A stretch of 64,000 nucleotides of DNA from Mytilus edulis (lineage: Eukaryota). The stretch is from positions 10,292,001 to 10,356,000 of the forward strand of contig NC_092352.1 in NCBI RefSeq assembly GCF_963676685.1, read 5' to 3'. The first letter of the stretch is position 1; each line of letters starts with the position of its first letter. The notes under the pieces were generated by a model. It saw only the letters and a program-made list of their open reading frames with translations. It did not search any database and was not told the origin of the DNA. Both the position numbers and the translations under genes were made by a program. Positions 52,501 to 64,000 of the stretch are shown here, in pieces.

Positions 52501-55213
52501 TTATCATTGGATGATCTAGTTTTGTTATCATTGGATGATCTAGTTTTGTTATCATTGGAGGATCTAGTTTTGTTATTATTGGAGGATCTAGTTTTGTTAT
52601 CATTGGATGATCTAGTTTTGTTATCATTGGAGGATATAGTTTTGTTATCATTCGATGATCTAGTTTTGTTATCATTGCAGGATATAGTTTTGTTATCATT
52701 GGAGGATATAGTTTTGTTATCATTGCAGGATATAGTTTTGTTATCATTGGAGGATATAGTTTTGTTATCATTGCAGGATATAGTTTTGTTATCATTGGAG
52801 GATATAGATTTGTTATCATTGGATGATCTAGTTTTGTTATCATTGGAGGATATAGATTTGTTATCATTGGATGATCTAGTTATCTAGTTTTGTTATCATT
52901 GGATGATCTAGTTTTGTTATCATTGGAGGATCTAGTTTTGTTATCATTGGATGATCTAGTTTTGTTATCATTGGAGGATATAGTTTTGTTATCATTCGAT
53001 GATCTAGTTTTGTTATCATTGCAGGATATAGTTTTTTTATCATTGGAGGATATAGTTTTGTTATCATTGCAGGATATAGTTTTGTTATCATTGGAGGATA
53101 TAGTTTTGTTATAATTGGAGGATATAGTTTTGTTATCATTGGATGATCTAGTTTTGTTATCATTGGAGGATATAGTTTTGTTATCATTGGAGGATATAGT
53201 TTTGTTATCATTGGAGGATATAGTTTTGTTATCATTCGATGATCTAGTTTTGTTATCATTGCAGGATATAGTTTTGTTATCATTGGATGATCTAGTTTTG
53301 TTATCATTGGAGGATATAGTTTTGTTATCATTGGATGATCTAGTTTTGTTATCATTGGAGGATATAGTTTTGTTACCATTGCAGGATATAGTTTTGTTAT
53401 CATTGGAGGATATAGTTTTGTTATCATTGGATGATGTAGTTTTGTTATCATTGGATGATATATCTCTTTTAGTCTATTTCCATAGTAACATACCTTTCCT
53501 TCACATTTCAGATATGCACCTCATACAGACAATTATGTTATTAACATACAAGGTTTTCTATGCTTTGATATCATTGGATGATATAAGTATATCTCTATTT
53601 CCATAGTAACATACCTTTCCTTCACATTTCAGATGTGCACCTGGTACAGACAATGATGTTATTAACATATAGTGACATACCTTTCCTTCACATTTCAGAT
53701 GTGCACCTGGTACAGACAATGATGTAATCAACATACAAATACAACGAAGTATAAAAATGGTTCCTATCATGGAAAACATTCTTCTCATTAATATAAATCT
53801 GTAAAACAACAATCTTCTTTTTTATATAAATTTTAAAAACACAAAACACATGTACTGATCCATTGAAAGTAATTTTTAAATTTGAGTGGAAAAAGGAAGT
53901 TTTTTTCAACATACTTTGGAGTTCTCATTCTGTAAATTCTTTGACACATTATTATTGATTGATATTTTTTTATTGCTGTATTGATTGAGACAACTTGTCT
54001 AACCCCACTAAAATGTACATGCTTATGTACCTGTCCAAAGTCAAGAATGTTTTCATTCTGTCCTTCTTTTTTTTTTCAAAATTAAGTGTATGTTTCAAAC
54101 AATAGATTGTATCAGCTGAATTTATCATGATTTTTGCAGACTGTCAGACAGAATGGGTAATTCTCATTGTTAAAGGCTGTATGAAAAGCTCTATATGTCT
54201 ACATCCCTATTACCCTCCACGTGGACAGCTCAGACCATCAATAAAAAGGTAACTTAGTTGATTTTTCTTTACTCAACTTCATATTATTTGATTTGGCTTT
54301 GGAACTTTTTTAATTTGCACAGCATTCATGAGTCTTTTGTAGACAAAAAGCTGATCTGGAGTACAAAATTGTATGTCTAGTATCTTTGATGTTTTTTTTC
54401 TAAAGATTTTAATTGATGAAATTTTGTTTGTGTTACATAACCATTTGTTCAGAAAGACTAACATACTATCTTCATTGATCTTAACTTATAATTATGGAAG
54501 AAATATATATGGTTTTGACTTAAACCAAAATATGTCATATTTTTAACAAACCTGTGTTTATGAAAGAATAATAAAACAATCCATGTTAATCCTAGTCCTA
54601 AGGCAATAAGTTCACATGCTTTAAATGCCCATGATATATAGGGTACATTATCTAAGAATATATCTGGCAATGGAGGGTATTTCTCTGTATCTGGTACCCT
54701 GTCATGGACTATAACCATTACAAAGGAAGTCATTAAAAAAACTGTAAATACATAAACGAAACTTAAAGCAGTCTTCCATAGCTCTGGGTCCAAATTTTTG
54801 GAGAAATGTCCCTGTCTCAATTGTTGCGAAATTTCATTTAAATCAGCATAATCATTGTCTTCCAAGGATTCACTGCTATCCAAGCGTTCATAGTTTTGTG
54901 GAGATGATGACTGTTGGTACGACCTTGAGAGAGGTGTTGATGTTTTCTGGAATGTTCTGGACCCATTTGGTTGAGGGCTTTGGTTACCATTACTCTGCAA
55001 TTGTACTTTTCTAATGATAAGCATTAACCGCTTAATATCTCCTAAAACCGTCAACTGTAATGGTGGCTGTTTCAAGTCATTTTCTGTCAGAACCAGTAAT
55101 GCTTCACCATTGATCTTATGCTCATCGCAGAGTAACTTCTTGTATTTTTCAAAACCATTTTCTTTCAACCACTGACCAACTTGTTTACAATTCCATGTAA
55201 CAGGATCAACCAT
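46557..55213 (-). CDS. SAMD8: Sphingomyelin synthase-related protein 1 / ceramide phosphoethanolamine synthase (SMSr), ~429 aa; exons 55213-54552, 53798-53681, 47735-47585, 46915-46557
   Basis: SAM domain ([21 protein letters not shown]), [60 protein letters not shown] and [14 protein letters not shown] are characteristic of SMSr. GT-AG introns; open 1,290-nt CDS. Confidence 0.93.
48240..53462. repeat. 24-bp minisatellite (~215 units) with higher-order blocks, in SAMD8 coding intron 2
   Basis: Unit tagttttgttatcattgga(g/t)gat(a/c). An 8-bp insertion marker recurs at ~49030, 50118, 51062, 51982 and 52878. Confidence 0.97.
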
Positions 55214-55240
55214 CACTACAACAGATATGTATACAGTAAG

Positions 55241-55397
55241 ATAACCTTCTTAGAAGTGGGTAATTAGAGAAGTTTAATGAGAAGCTGAATCATGTATAAA
55301 TAAACTACAGAGGAAAGTTGGCAAATAACCTTCTTAGAAGTTGGTAATTAGAGAAGTTTAATGATAGTAAGAAGCTGAATCATGTATAAATAAACTA
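55241..55397. repeat. Two-copy ~85-bp tandem duplication in the intron upstream of the SAMD8 start exon
   Basis: ataaccttcttagaagt..gaagctgaatcatgtataaataaacta occurs twice. Confidence 0.8.
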
Positions 55398-56511
55398 GTG
55401 GAGAGTTGGAATTCATACACCATCTTTTGATTCTTATATGTCCCCTTGAATTGATTTAAATAAAAATTAAAGACTTCATTAATTTTAAATAAAATAGGCA
55501 TACTGAAGCTAAGTTGCATTATCAAATAATATATAAAAGGTTAATGCATCTCAATAATCACATTATAATATAACAAGTATAATGTTCATGGTGTAAGAAT
55601 ATTAATTGAGAAGTAATAAGTATGCAGAATAGTTTCGATTAGTATGATTTACATCTGATTGGTTCTCTTGCATATATATGCATAAACTGAGAATGAGCCA
55701 AATCTAAAATCCCTCATGTGCCACTGCCTGCTCCATTCTTACAGATACCAGTACTTAACTCAACTTAACATTTATGCATTCTTTTTTGTCTTGCCTGTGA
55801 CACAAGTCACAGAATGTAATAGGGTAAGTATCCCGCATCTATTTGTATAAAGCTTTACATATCCGAAACAAGAAGACCTTGAATGCTGATATACCATGAA
55901 GTTTTTTGTCTGTCATATTTCGGTTGCCCTTCATCTCATTTTCATGGTTCTGTGGTGGTTGAAAAAGATAGTCTTCTTTTTAAAGCGAAATGCTATTATT
56001 ATAAGTAATAAAATGACTATATTTGATAAATATGTATCTTGCAATGTCTACATGTCTGTTAGTTAAGGTTCACCTGACTAAAACCTCATTTCATGGATCA
56101 GTAATGAAGGATAAAATCATGTGGTCAAGTACATTACTATTTCTAAATACACATTCTATATACTTAAAAATGCAGCAAACATTCTAAAAGATGTACATGT
56201 ATAGACCTAACCTGATTACTGAGATTTAGAAGTAACAAGACTATGTCCATGAAAACTTAAAAGTAAAGTAAAAAGACTCAATTAAGAAAAAGTTGCCACA
56301 ATATCAAATAATATTTCAATTGAAATGTTTCTCATTTAGGGAATACGTTGTAGCTCCCAATTTGGTAGGTTGTTCCTTATCTGTTTAAAGCTGATCTGAG
56401 CATCAGTGCTTAACCTTATGCAGCCTACACCTTAGGGGCGGATCCAGCCATTTTAAAAAAGGGGGGGGTGTGTTTCCAACCAAAGGTCCTCATTCAAATG
56501 CATTGATCGTT

Positions 56512-56844
56512 GATAACTGTATTGTATTTTAAGCTACGACGGCATCAATTGGGGATTTGATGGTCGCAAATTAAGTTTACTGGCGACGCGTTAGCGGAGA
56601 CAGTAAACGGGTATTTGCGACCATCAAATCCCCAATTGATGCCGTCGGAGCTTAAAATACAATATTGTTATCTCCATTCTAATGAAACTGACAGAAAACA
56701 ACGTTAAAACATGTATTTAAAATCTGTCATATGCCGACTGCGCTTGCGCGTACGTCCCATAGCATCAATTGTCAATTGATGCCATGTAAATAAGTGACGT
56801 TATCCAATCAAAATGAACGTTACAAACGTTGTTTCATTAGAATG
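56512..56844. mobile_element. Long-hairpin non-autonomous element (Crypton-like), adjoining a truncated GGCGGATCC MITE at 56434-56510
   Basis: ~160-bp near-perfect inverted repeat at 56512-56672, plus a second IR pair cattctaatgaaac (56676) / gtttcattagaatg (56831). Confidence 0.6.
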
Positions 56845-57279
56845 TTTATTGTTTCGCCAATAAGGAAAATGACTACACAAATGTACGACTTGAGATATTG
56901 TCTATTTATTGACTAACATAGTAAAACATGCCAAGTTATATAATCGTTAAACAGGAAGAGAGAGAGTTAATGTTAAATGTCAAACACACATCGGAAAACT
57001 GTTTCTGGAATATGAAACTACCTGGCATTATCGCTTTTTTTTCTTCTTTATTTTTATACAATTATAAACACCTTCAAAGGGTAGACTGCCCTCTGGTGTT
57101 GGGGATTATTCTGCCCCTTTAATACAATAATTAAACACAAATAAAAATGAACTGTTCTATATACATTTGGGAATCTCTCCATTTTACTCATTCAGTACAT
57201 ACATGTAACATAGTCATTGAATTTTTTTGGAAGTGAGCGCTGGCGCTCCAGTCGACTAATTGAATCGGATGATGAGAAA

Positions 57280-57655
57280 TTTAGTTTTGTTGAGGTCACA
57301 TCGTAGATATACTATGTCACCAATTTCTAGATACAGACACATGGGTAATTTGCCTGATGGACACTTTGTCTTCTCGCTGTGTGGATGATTCTTTAATCGT
57401 TGTTCGTGTTGAGCAATAATTAGGTTTTGATAAGTGAGTGGTATTTGGTTATTTGAAAACTGATCTCTCTGTGTCCACATTTCTCGTGTAGATAATCCTC
57501 GATTTCGAATACGTGTATTCAGTCGAGCTGTGACAGGTGAAAGCGTTAATGGTGTTAATACTGGGCTTGACGGGTTCGAATGAAGTATTTCATCTTCTAG
57601 TTCCTGAATAGCTTTCTCAGCAACAGGGTTTTTATTTACATTTTTGGGACGGCCC
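57280..57655 (-). mobile_element. LTR-retrotransposon (Gypsy-like) integrase C-terminal fragment
   Basis: Open frame GRPKNVNKNPVAEKAIQELE..LNTRIRNRGLSTREMW..IGDIVYL resembles the integrase NxxAE motif region and the downstream GDxV motif. Confidence 0.6.
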
Positions 57656-58220
57656 TTCCCGTTTAACGATTATATAACTTGGCATGTTTTACTATGTTAG
57701 TTAATAAATAAACAATATCTCAAGTTATATAATCGTTAAACAGGAAGAGAGAGAGTTAATGTTAAATGTCAAACACACAACGGAAAACCGTTTCCGGAAT
57801 ATGAAACTACCTGGCGTTTACAATAAGTTCTGAACAACCTTTAAATTCCAAAAAACCTGGTGTCGAGTCACTTAAGTCTAGCACACCCTAAAAGGTGTAC
57901 TTGATTTAGTCCATATTTATATTTGTTTCAACCAATAACTAAATTAATAAACTTGTTTCAAGGAAATCAATGCAATATTATATCTCTCAGTCACCGAATT
58001 GTCAAATATGAGAGCAAGGGGAAAGGAGGATTTCCTATAAAATTTCCATATGTTTAGCATTGAATGAATCAACACAAGGGTACATAATCCTTAACGGCTT
58101 ATGCCAAGTTATCATAACTGTTCTGCCTTATGCCAGTTATGGCTTATGCCAAGTTATCATAACTGTTCTGCCTTATGCCAGTTATACCAACTAAAGTTAT
58201 GCCTTTAAAATGGTCCTCTC

Positions 58221-58335
58221 TAGTCCAAATAATTATGACGTCTGGCAAGGCTATTTAAATTGTTTTACCTAAGAAGGCGTCCAAGAAAAATAATAAAATA
58301 GCCTTGCCATACGTCATAAATTATTATTTGGACTA
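58221..58335. mobile_element. Small palindromic MITE with TAG..CTA termini
   Basis: tagtccaaataattatgacg..ggcaaggctattt / aaatagccttgcc..cgtcataa..tatttggacta. Confidence 0.65.
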
Positions 58336-58884
58336 CTATAGGTCCTCTCCAACTCCCATTTGAGAAATTTTAATGCATGTAGTTCTCATGAGTCTCACCA
58401 TGTGAGGAGGGATGGTAATTATTTTTATACAGATGTTAACCTTTATCTTAAACTTCTTTGAAGTATTGTTTTTTTGCTATTTACTTGATACAAGCATTAG
58501 CAACCAGACATGGACCTCGAACCCAATTTCGATTTCTGGATTTTTGGAGTTATCTTCTCTTTCTTAAAATATAAATTAAATACTTCAAACCCCGTGCTAT
58601 GACCCAAATTGAGTTTGACTATCAATTTTACATCATTAAAACGGATATATATGTATTTTAAAACAACATATCACTATTTAAGAAAAATCCATGGATTTGT
58701 AATTGAAAATTTGATGACCTTAGTAAAAATTTAAGAATGCCAAGTTTCTCACCAATTTCATGTATTTTTTAAATACGACTATTAAATTGTGCATTTTTTA
58801 ATGCCATTTCATATGCACTTTCTACATGAATGTTCACATATTTAAAGAACTCGTACAAAAAAACCTGTGACAGCACATTTAATG

Positions 58885-58972
58885 CACAGGCACTTATCTC
58901 AAAAAAAAATTGCCTATATACCTTAATATAACAAGATTAAGGTATATAGGCAATTTGAGACAAGTGCCTGTG
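58885..58972. mobile_element. 88-bp hairpin MITE with CACAG..CTGTG termini
   Basis: cacaggcactt.tctcaaa..ttgcctatatacctta / taaggtatataggcaatttgaga.aagtgcctgtg. Confidence 0.65.
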
Positions 58973-59338
58973 ATTAATCATTTAATGCCTTGAAATAAAG
59001 TTATCATGGCAAACTGTGTTCTTCCACAGTCGCCTGAAGATTTCATAATTATAACGAAAAAATAGGGGAAATCAAATAAAAAAAACCCAAGGAAAACTAA
59101 GATTTTAACAATAATTATGTAGAAGATTACTGCACGACTTTCAATGGACTTTCGAAGTTTTTAACTGTTTCCAGGAATTCGTAACTCATTTTTAGTGCAA
59201 TCGTGAAACTGACTATACCGCACATTTATATTCAGGGATCTTCAGGAGCATCAGATTTCCCACAAAGTAAAAAAAATAAAACAAAAAATTAAATTGGAAC
59301 AATAATAGCAGGTCCTTCCACGAAAGAAGATGTGGTGT

Positions 59339-59469
59339 CAGTGGCGGATCCAGCCATTTAAAAAAAGGGGGGGGTTCCAACTATATGCTCCCATTCAAAT
59401 GCATTGATCGGCCAAAAAAAAAGGGGGGTTCCTACCCCCGGAACCCCCCCCCCCCCTGGATCCGCCACT
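59339..59469. mobile_element. MITE with (C)AGTGGCGGATCCAG TIRs, candidate TSD TGGTGT; relatives at 56434-56510, 61300-61397 and ~37460-37508
   Basis: Inverted termini agtggcggatccag / ctggatccgccact; tggtgt at 59333-59338 and 59470-59475. Confidence 0.75.
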
Positions 59470-60129
59470 TGGTGTAATGAAGTAAATGCGATAATTGCCG
59501 ATGAAACTACTCTAAATAAACTATTCCAGTGCAGGAATTCGTATGCGCATTTTTGATGCAATCGTGAAACGGACTATCCAACACTGAATGTTTATTAATT
59601 TCTCACAAACTTATATATATCAGAGAAGCATTGGATTTCCGATTTCCCGCGAATTTGTATACCATATTACCGAAAAATATGATAATAAGTAAAAGAGGCA
59701 TGCAAAATCAACTTCTTAAAATTACATTGAGATTCATCAAATGCACCTGCCTCGCATTAGTAATGAATAATTGTACTACTCTTATGTAGGCATCAAAATT
59801 TATATGTCTATAACCACAGGCTCTTGGGTATATGGTACAGATAAAAAAAAATTAAAAAAATTGTTGATTAAATCATTCAACTTTCTATATTTATAATGCA
59901 TATCTATCACTTCTGTACATGTCTCACCTAGTTTCGAGTGATTTAAACGACTCAGAGAAAATACCCAATTTTACTATCCATACTAAGAAACAAGCCCTTA
60001 GGCTTTTATAACTGACTATATGATATAGACTTTGCGTAATATTTTTTTTAGATATGTATAAATTGTAAAGATATAATATTCCCCATGTCCATCCTCTATT
60101 TTCATGACAATAGGCACAGTAAAAGTAAA

Positions 60130-61125
60130 CTTAAAAGAAGTCCGATGTCAGAATAGGTAACAAATTCAACTTTAAAAAAAAATGACAATGATACACAAAT
60201 TAATAAAAAAAATTACTACAAGTTACAGACATGCCAGCTCAATCCCTCTTTTAAACTTAACGAAAGGGTATGTCTTCATCATATGGATATCAGGCGTAAG
60301 AGGTCACATCCAATTTTTTATGGAAATATTCTTTATAAAGCACAAAGGTGTCAGTATTCACCTCAAAAACTAACAAAACCTTTGAATAGACTTATTAAGA
60401 AGGGATATAGTTACGATACTGTTGTCAGGTCATTAAAGATAGCATATTTTGGCGTTAATATTGATTCACTTATAGGGTCTTTGCATCGGAACTAAACACA
60501 TTTATTTAAAAAGCAGTTGTTGGCATGACACGGGTTATGTTCTTCTCATATATGTTATGATGGTATGCCAATACTAAACCCCTATCGGGAAGGATTGTGC
60601 CTGATGTTCATATGATGAAATCATAATCTTTCATTCAGTTTAATTGAAGTCTGGAGCTGGCATGTCAGTTAACTGCTAGTAGTCTGTTGTTATTTATGTA
60701 TTATTGTCATTTTGTTTATTTTCTTTGGTTACATCTTCTGACATCAGACTCGGACTTCTCTTGAACTGAATTTTAATGTACGTATTGTTATGCGTTTACT
60801 TTTCTACATTGGCTAGAGGTATAGGGGGAGGGTTGAGATCTCACAAACATGTTTAACCCCGCCGCATTTTTGCGCCTGTCCCAAGTCAGGATCCTCTGGC
60901 CTTTGTTAGTCTTGTATTATTTTAATTTTAGTTTCTTGTGTATACAATTTGGAAATTAGTATGGCGTTCATTATCACTGAACTAGTATATATTTGTTTAG
61001 GGGCCAGTTGAAGGACGCCTCCGGGTGCGGGAATTTCTCGCTACATTGAAGACCTGTTGGTGACCTTCTGCTGTTGGTTTTTTCTATGGTCGGGTTGTTG
61101 TCTCTTTGGCACATTCCCCATTTCC
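60130..61125 (+). mobile_element. 3' end of a retroelement (Penelope-like) with ORF tail and trailing repeat, preceded by an inverted decayed partial copy
   Basis: ORF tail SHPIFYGNILYKAQRCQYSPQKLTKPLNRLIKKGYSYDTVVRSL..HRN* ends at 60495. 60130-60240 is the reverse complement of ~60650-60760, and 60811-61125 matches 32186-32510. Confidence 0.55.
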
Positions 61126-64000
61126 CAACCTAATTAAAATATTGATCTCTGATTTTACGTTATACTACATATTTTAATTAGATTGCCCATTTCCATTCTT
61201 AATTTTATATCATACCATTATTAAATATATGAGAATAACATAAACCGTATCATGCAAACAGCTGGTTTTAGAATAAATGTGATTATTTCTGATGAAGGTC
61301 GGAATCCCCCTTTTTTTGGACGATCAATGCATTTGAATGGGAGCATGTAGTTGGAACCCCACCCCCTTTACTCAGGGTTGACAACCCCTCTTTTTAAAAT
61401 GACTGGATCCGCCCCTGTAGTGTAATAATTTTTCAGTAATACATAGATTTCTTTCACTAAAATATAATACGGTGTTACATCCATACACGAGCAAATCGAA
61501 CAAGTTGAGATATATAAACACCATAAGATGGTGACAAGGGAATGTCACCATCTAAAAATGATAATTAACAATAGGAAATGAAATTGATTGTATCACCAAT
61601 TTTGGTATTAAGCTTTCCGTTAATGGTACAGATATCAAGATCGAGGAAAGGGCAGTGTTCATTGTTAGTTCTAGCTTTATTTAAAATTAGTTCAACAGGA
61701 CAAATCTCTTTAATATACATTTCGTGTGGTTTTTTTTATTGGCTAGAGGGTTGAGATCTCACAAAACATGTTTAACCCCGTGGCATTTAGTCAGGAGCCT
61801 CTGGCGTTTGTTTGTCTTGCATGTATTTTTTTTTTTTTTTTTTTTTATAAAATTTAAGTTTGTTAAGCTAAAACCCGACTCCAGGTGAGGATTTTTTTCG
61901 TTGTGTTCAAAACCCATTAGTGGGCTTGGGCTGCTTTCTGCTTTGGTCGGGTTGTTGTAACTTTAACACTGACATTCCCGATTTCCATACTCACTTTTAT
62001 TGGTCTCCCAGTCGAACTTAAATAAATCTAAGTCTTTTTTCCAAGTGAATTTTTGCTTGTTAATTTTTATGACATTTGGTCTCTTGTGGAGATTTGTCTC
62101 ATTGGCAATCATATCACATCTTTTTATTTTTATATCATCAGATCACTTTTGGTGAACATTAAATTTATGGTTAACACATGCCTTTCGCCCTATCGCTTTT
62201 TCGCCTTCGTCTTCTTGTTTCCATTTTTTCATGATAGGAAATATCAAAGATTGAATGATTTAAGATAATGAAATAAAAGGAATATTGTATATACATTCCT
62301 GCTTTCAAAATCCATTCACTGATACTTGACAAACCAGATTCAAAAGAACACATGTTTGTCAGCTTTATCTCAAAATCACAGTATTGTCTTTAAGACAGAA
62401 TCCAAGCATAGTTTCTGTAGTCCTTGCAGTAAGTTCAACATCGGCCCCTTATTAGAATACCAATAGATTAGAATACGAATAACAAAAACCGAAAAAAGAT
62501 AGCATAACATAAGAGACTTAATAATTTTGTTAACAAAATTCTACATTGATAGAATCAAATTATCATTGGAACAAACCAATATGATAACACTAAAACAGTA
62601 TTTAAAAGAAAAGTTATTAATAGAAAACATAGTTTTTATAAGAACAAAATACTCAGTAGGGCAGAGAACTGCTGAAACATCTGGGCTCCTTTATTGTCAT
62701 AAAAACAATGATTATTAAACAACAGACGCCATATACATTGTATGTATTCTCTAACCAAGCAGCCTCAATTTGTCTTTCAATCATATTCTGCAATGTACCA
62801 AACTATTTTCAGTTATGTCTATTTGGTTTGTTGTTTATCTGCTGCTCATTTATTATGACTATTATGCATAAATTGTGTCAGTGTAACCAGGAACATATAT
62901 ATTGTTAGATATATACTGTCCCAAGGTGTAGCTTTACTGTTTATTCATGTGAAAATAAAAACGAAATTCATTATAAAAAAACTTTTTTTTTTAGCATAAT
63001 GTATGATTTGAAAATGTATTGGAATCAGTTTGATATTTGATGTCATTTCTGTTATCCTTTCAATTCTCATTGGCTGTTACGCTGGAGTCTTCGAAGTATG
63101 TAAGAGTTCAATTTCAAGTTTCAGTTCGATACTGTATTCGAGTCTAGTTACAGCCTACAGTAAAATCAAAGAAAAGAAACTTAAGTAAGCCTTGAATTAG
63201 GAATACAGGTATGTTTTTGAGCTATAAAACCAGGTTTATCCACCATTTTCTACATTAGAAAATGTATTACCAAGTCATGAATGTGACAGCCATCTTTATT
63301 CCGTTTAATGTGTTTGAACTGTTGATATGCCGTTTGATTAGGGATTTCAATTTTGAAATTTCATCGTTATTTTAAAAATTTTATTTTACCTTTTTTGTAT
63401 GAAAAGGAAATAATTGATACCCGAGAATAGTGTGAACAGGTTCTTTGTGGTATGTTTGCGGGATCAGTATACTTTTTGTGTGTGTAATTACTGGTTCCTT
63501 ATACAAAGTATTAAGCATGCATTATATGAACTCAAACAGGCTCCTAGTTTTTATACAATATTTAAGAGGTTATCAAAATAAAAACAAATTATGGTATAGC
63601 GGTTGAAGTTTTAAAACATAAGTTTACACATTTCGTGTGACATATAAAATGCAGTATATTAAAAAATATATAAAATAATCGGAACCGGAAACTGCGTTAA
63701 AGTGACCTTGATTACTCTCTTGTCCTCTCTGCAGAAACGGAAAGAAGCGAAAAAGCGTGTAAGCATAAAATATTTAGTAAGAGCATCAGTTGTATGCATG
63801 AAAAGGGGGTTGGTTAAAACATCAAGACAACAGCTCTTAAAATCAAGCAAAAACATTAACCAATTGATGCGAACAACGAAGGGTTAAACTAAAGAATGTC
63901 GCAGTGTCTGACCTCAACGAAGTCGAAGGGATATTTCGTCACGGAATAATTTATCACTAACAAATTAGTACGAGATTACTCTGACGTCCAACGGCTTTTT

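Noticed and set aside
48233-53606. Long Leu-rich (LLSLEDIV)n and (MITKLYPP)n ORFs
   Set aside because: Artefacts of a stop-free 24-bp minisatellite inside a SAMD8 intron; frames break at each 8-bp insertion. Not an LRR protein.
60590-60632. Stem-loop with CTGATG..GAAA resembling a hammerhead or SECIS
   Set aside because: The core reads CTGATGT with no stem III, and there is no selenoprotein-type UGA gene upstream; not supportable.

Overview
AT-rich, intron-containing animal DNA. The repeat families and the B-box/NHL gene type suggest a bivalve mollusc, probably mytilid (inference). Splicing by hand gives: (i) a disrupted intronless TRIM-like B-box/NHL pseudogene at 1.0-2.4 kb (+); (ii) a complete 3-exon MOSMO/Atthog gene at 8.6-10.9 kb (-); (iii) three SAM-domain sphingomyelin-synthase-family genes on the - strand. 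One is a canonical SMSr/SAMD8 (46.6-55.2 kb, HEHYSID motif). The other two are apparently identical copies of a divergent paralog (16.7-20.3 and 24.8-28.4 kb, HGHYTLD motif) carried on an 8,096-bp tandem duplication. The most interesting signal is this paralog: its catalytic motifs are intact, but it has Gly at the head-group-selectivity position and lacks the C-terminal dilysine. It is therefore a candidate sphingolipid synthase with a new specificity, possibly for molluscan ceramide aminoethylphosphonate (hypothesis only). The rest of the window is tandem arrays (38, 40, 42, 50 and 24 bp, some with higher-order structure), MITE/foldback and Helentron-like elements, Penelope/LINE/Gypsy relics, hammerhead-ribozyme-derived repeats and one N gap.
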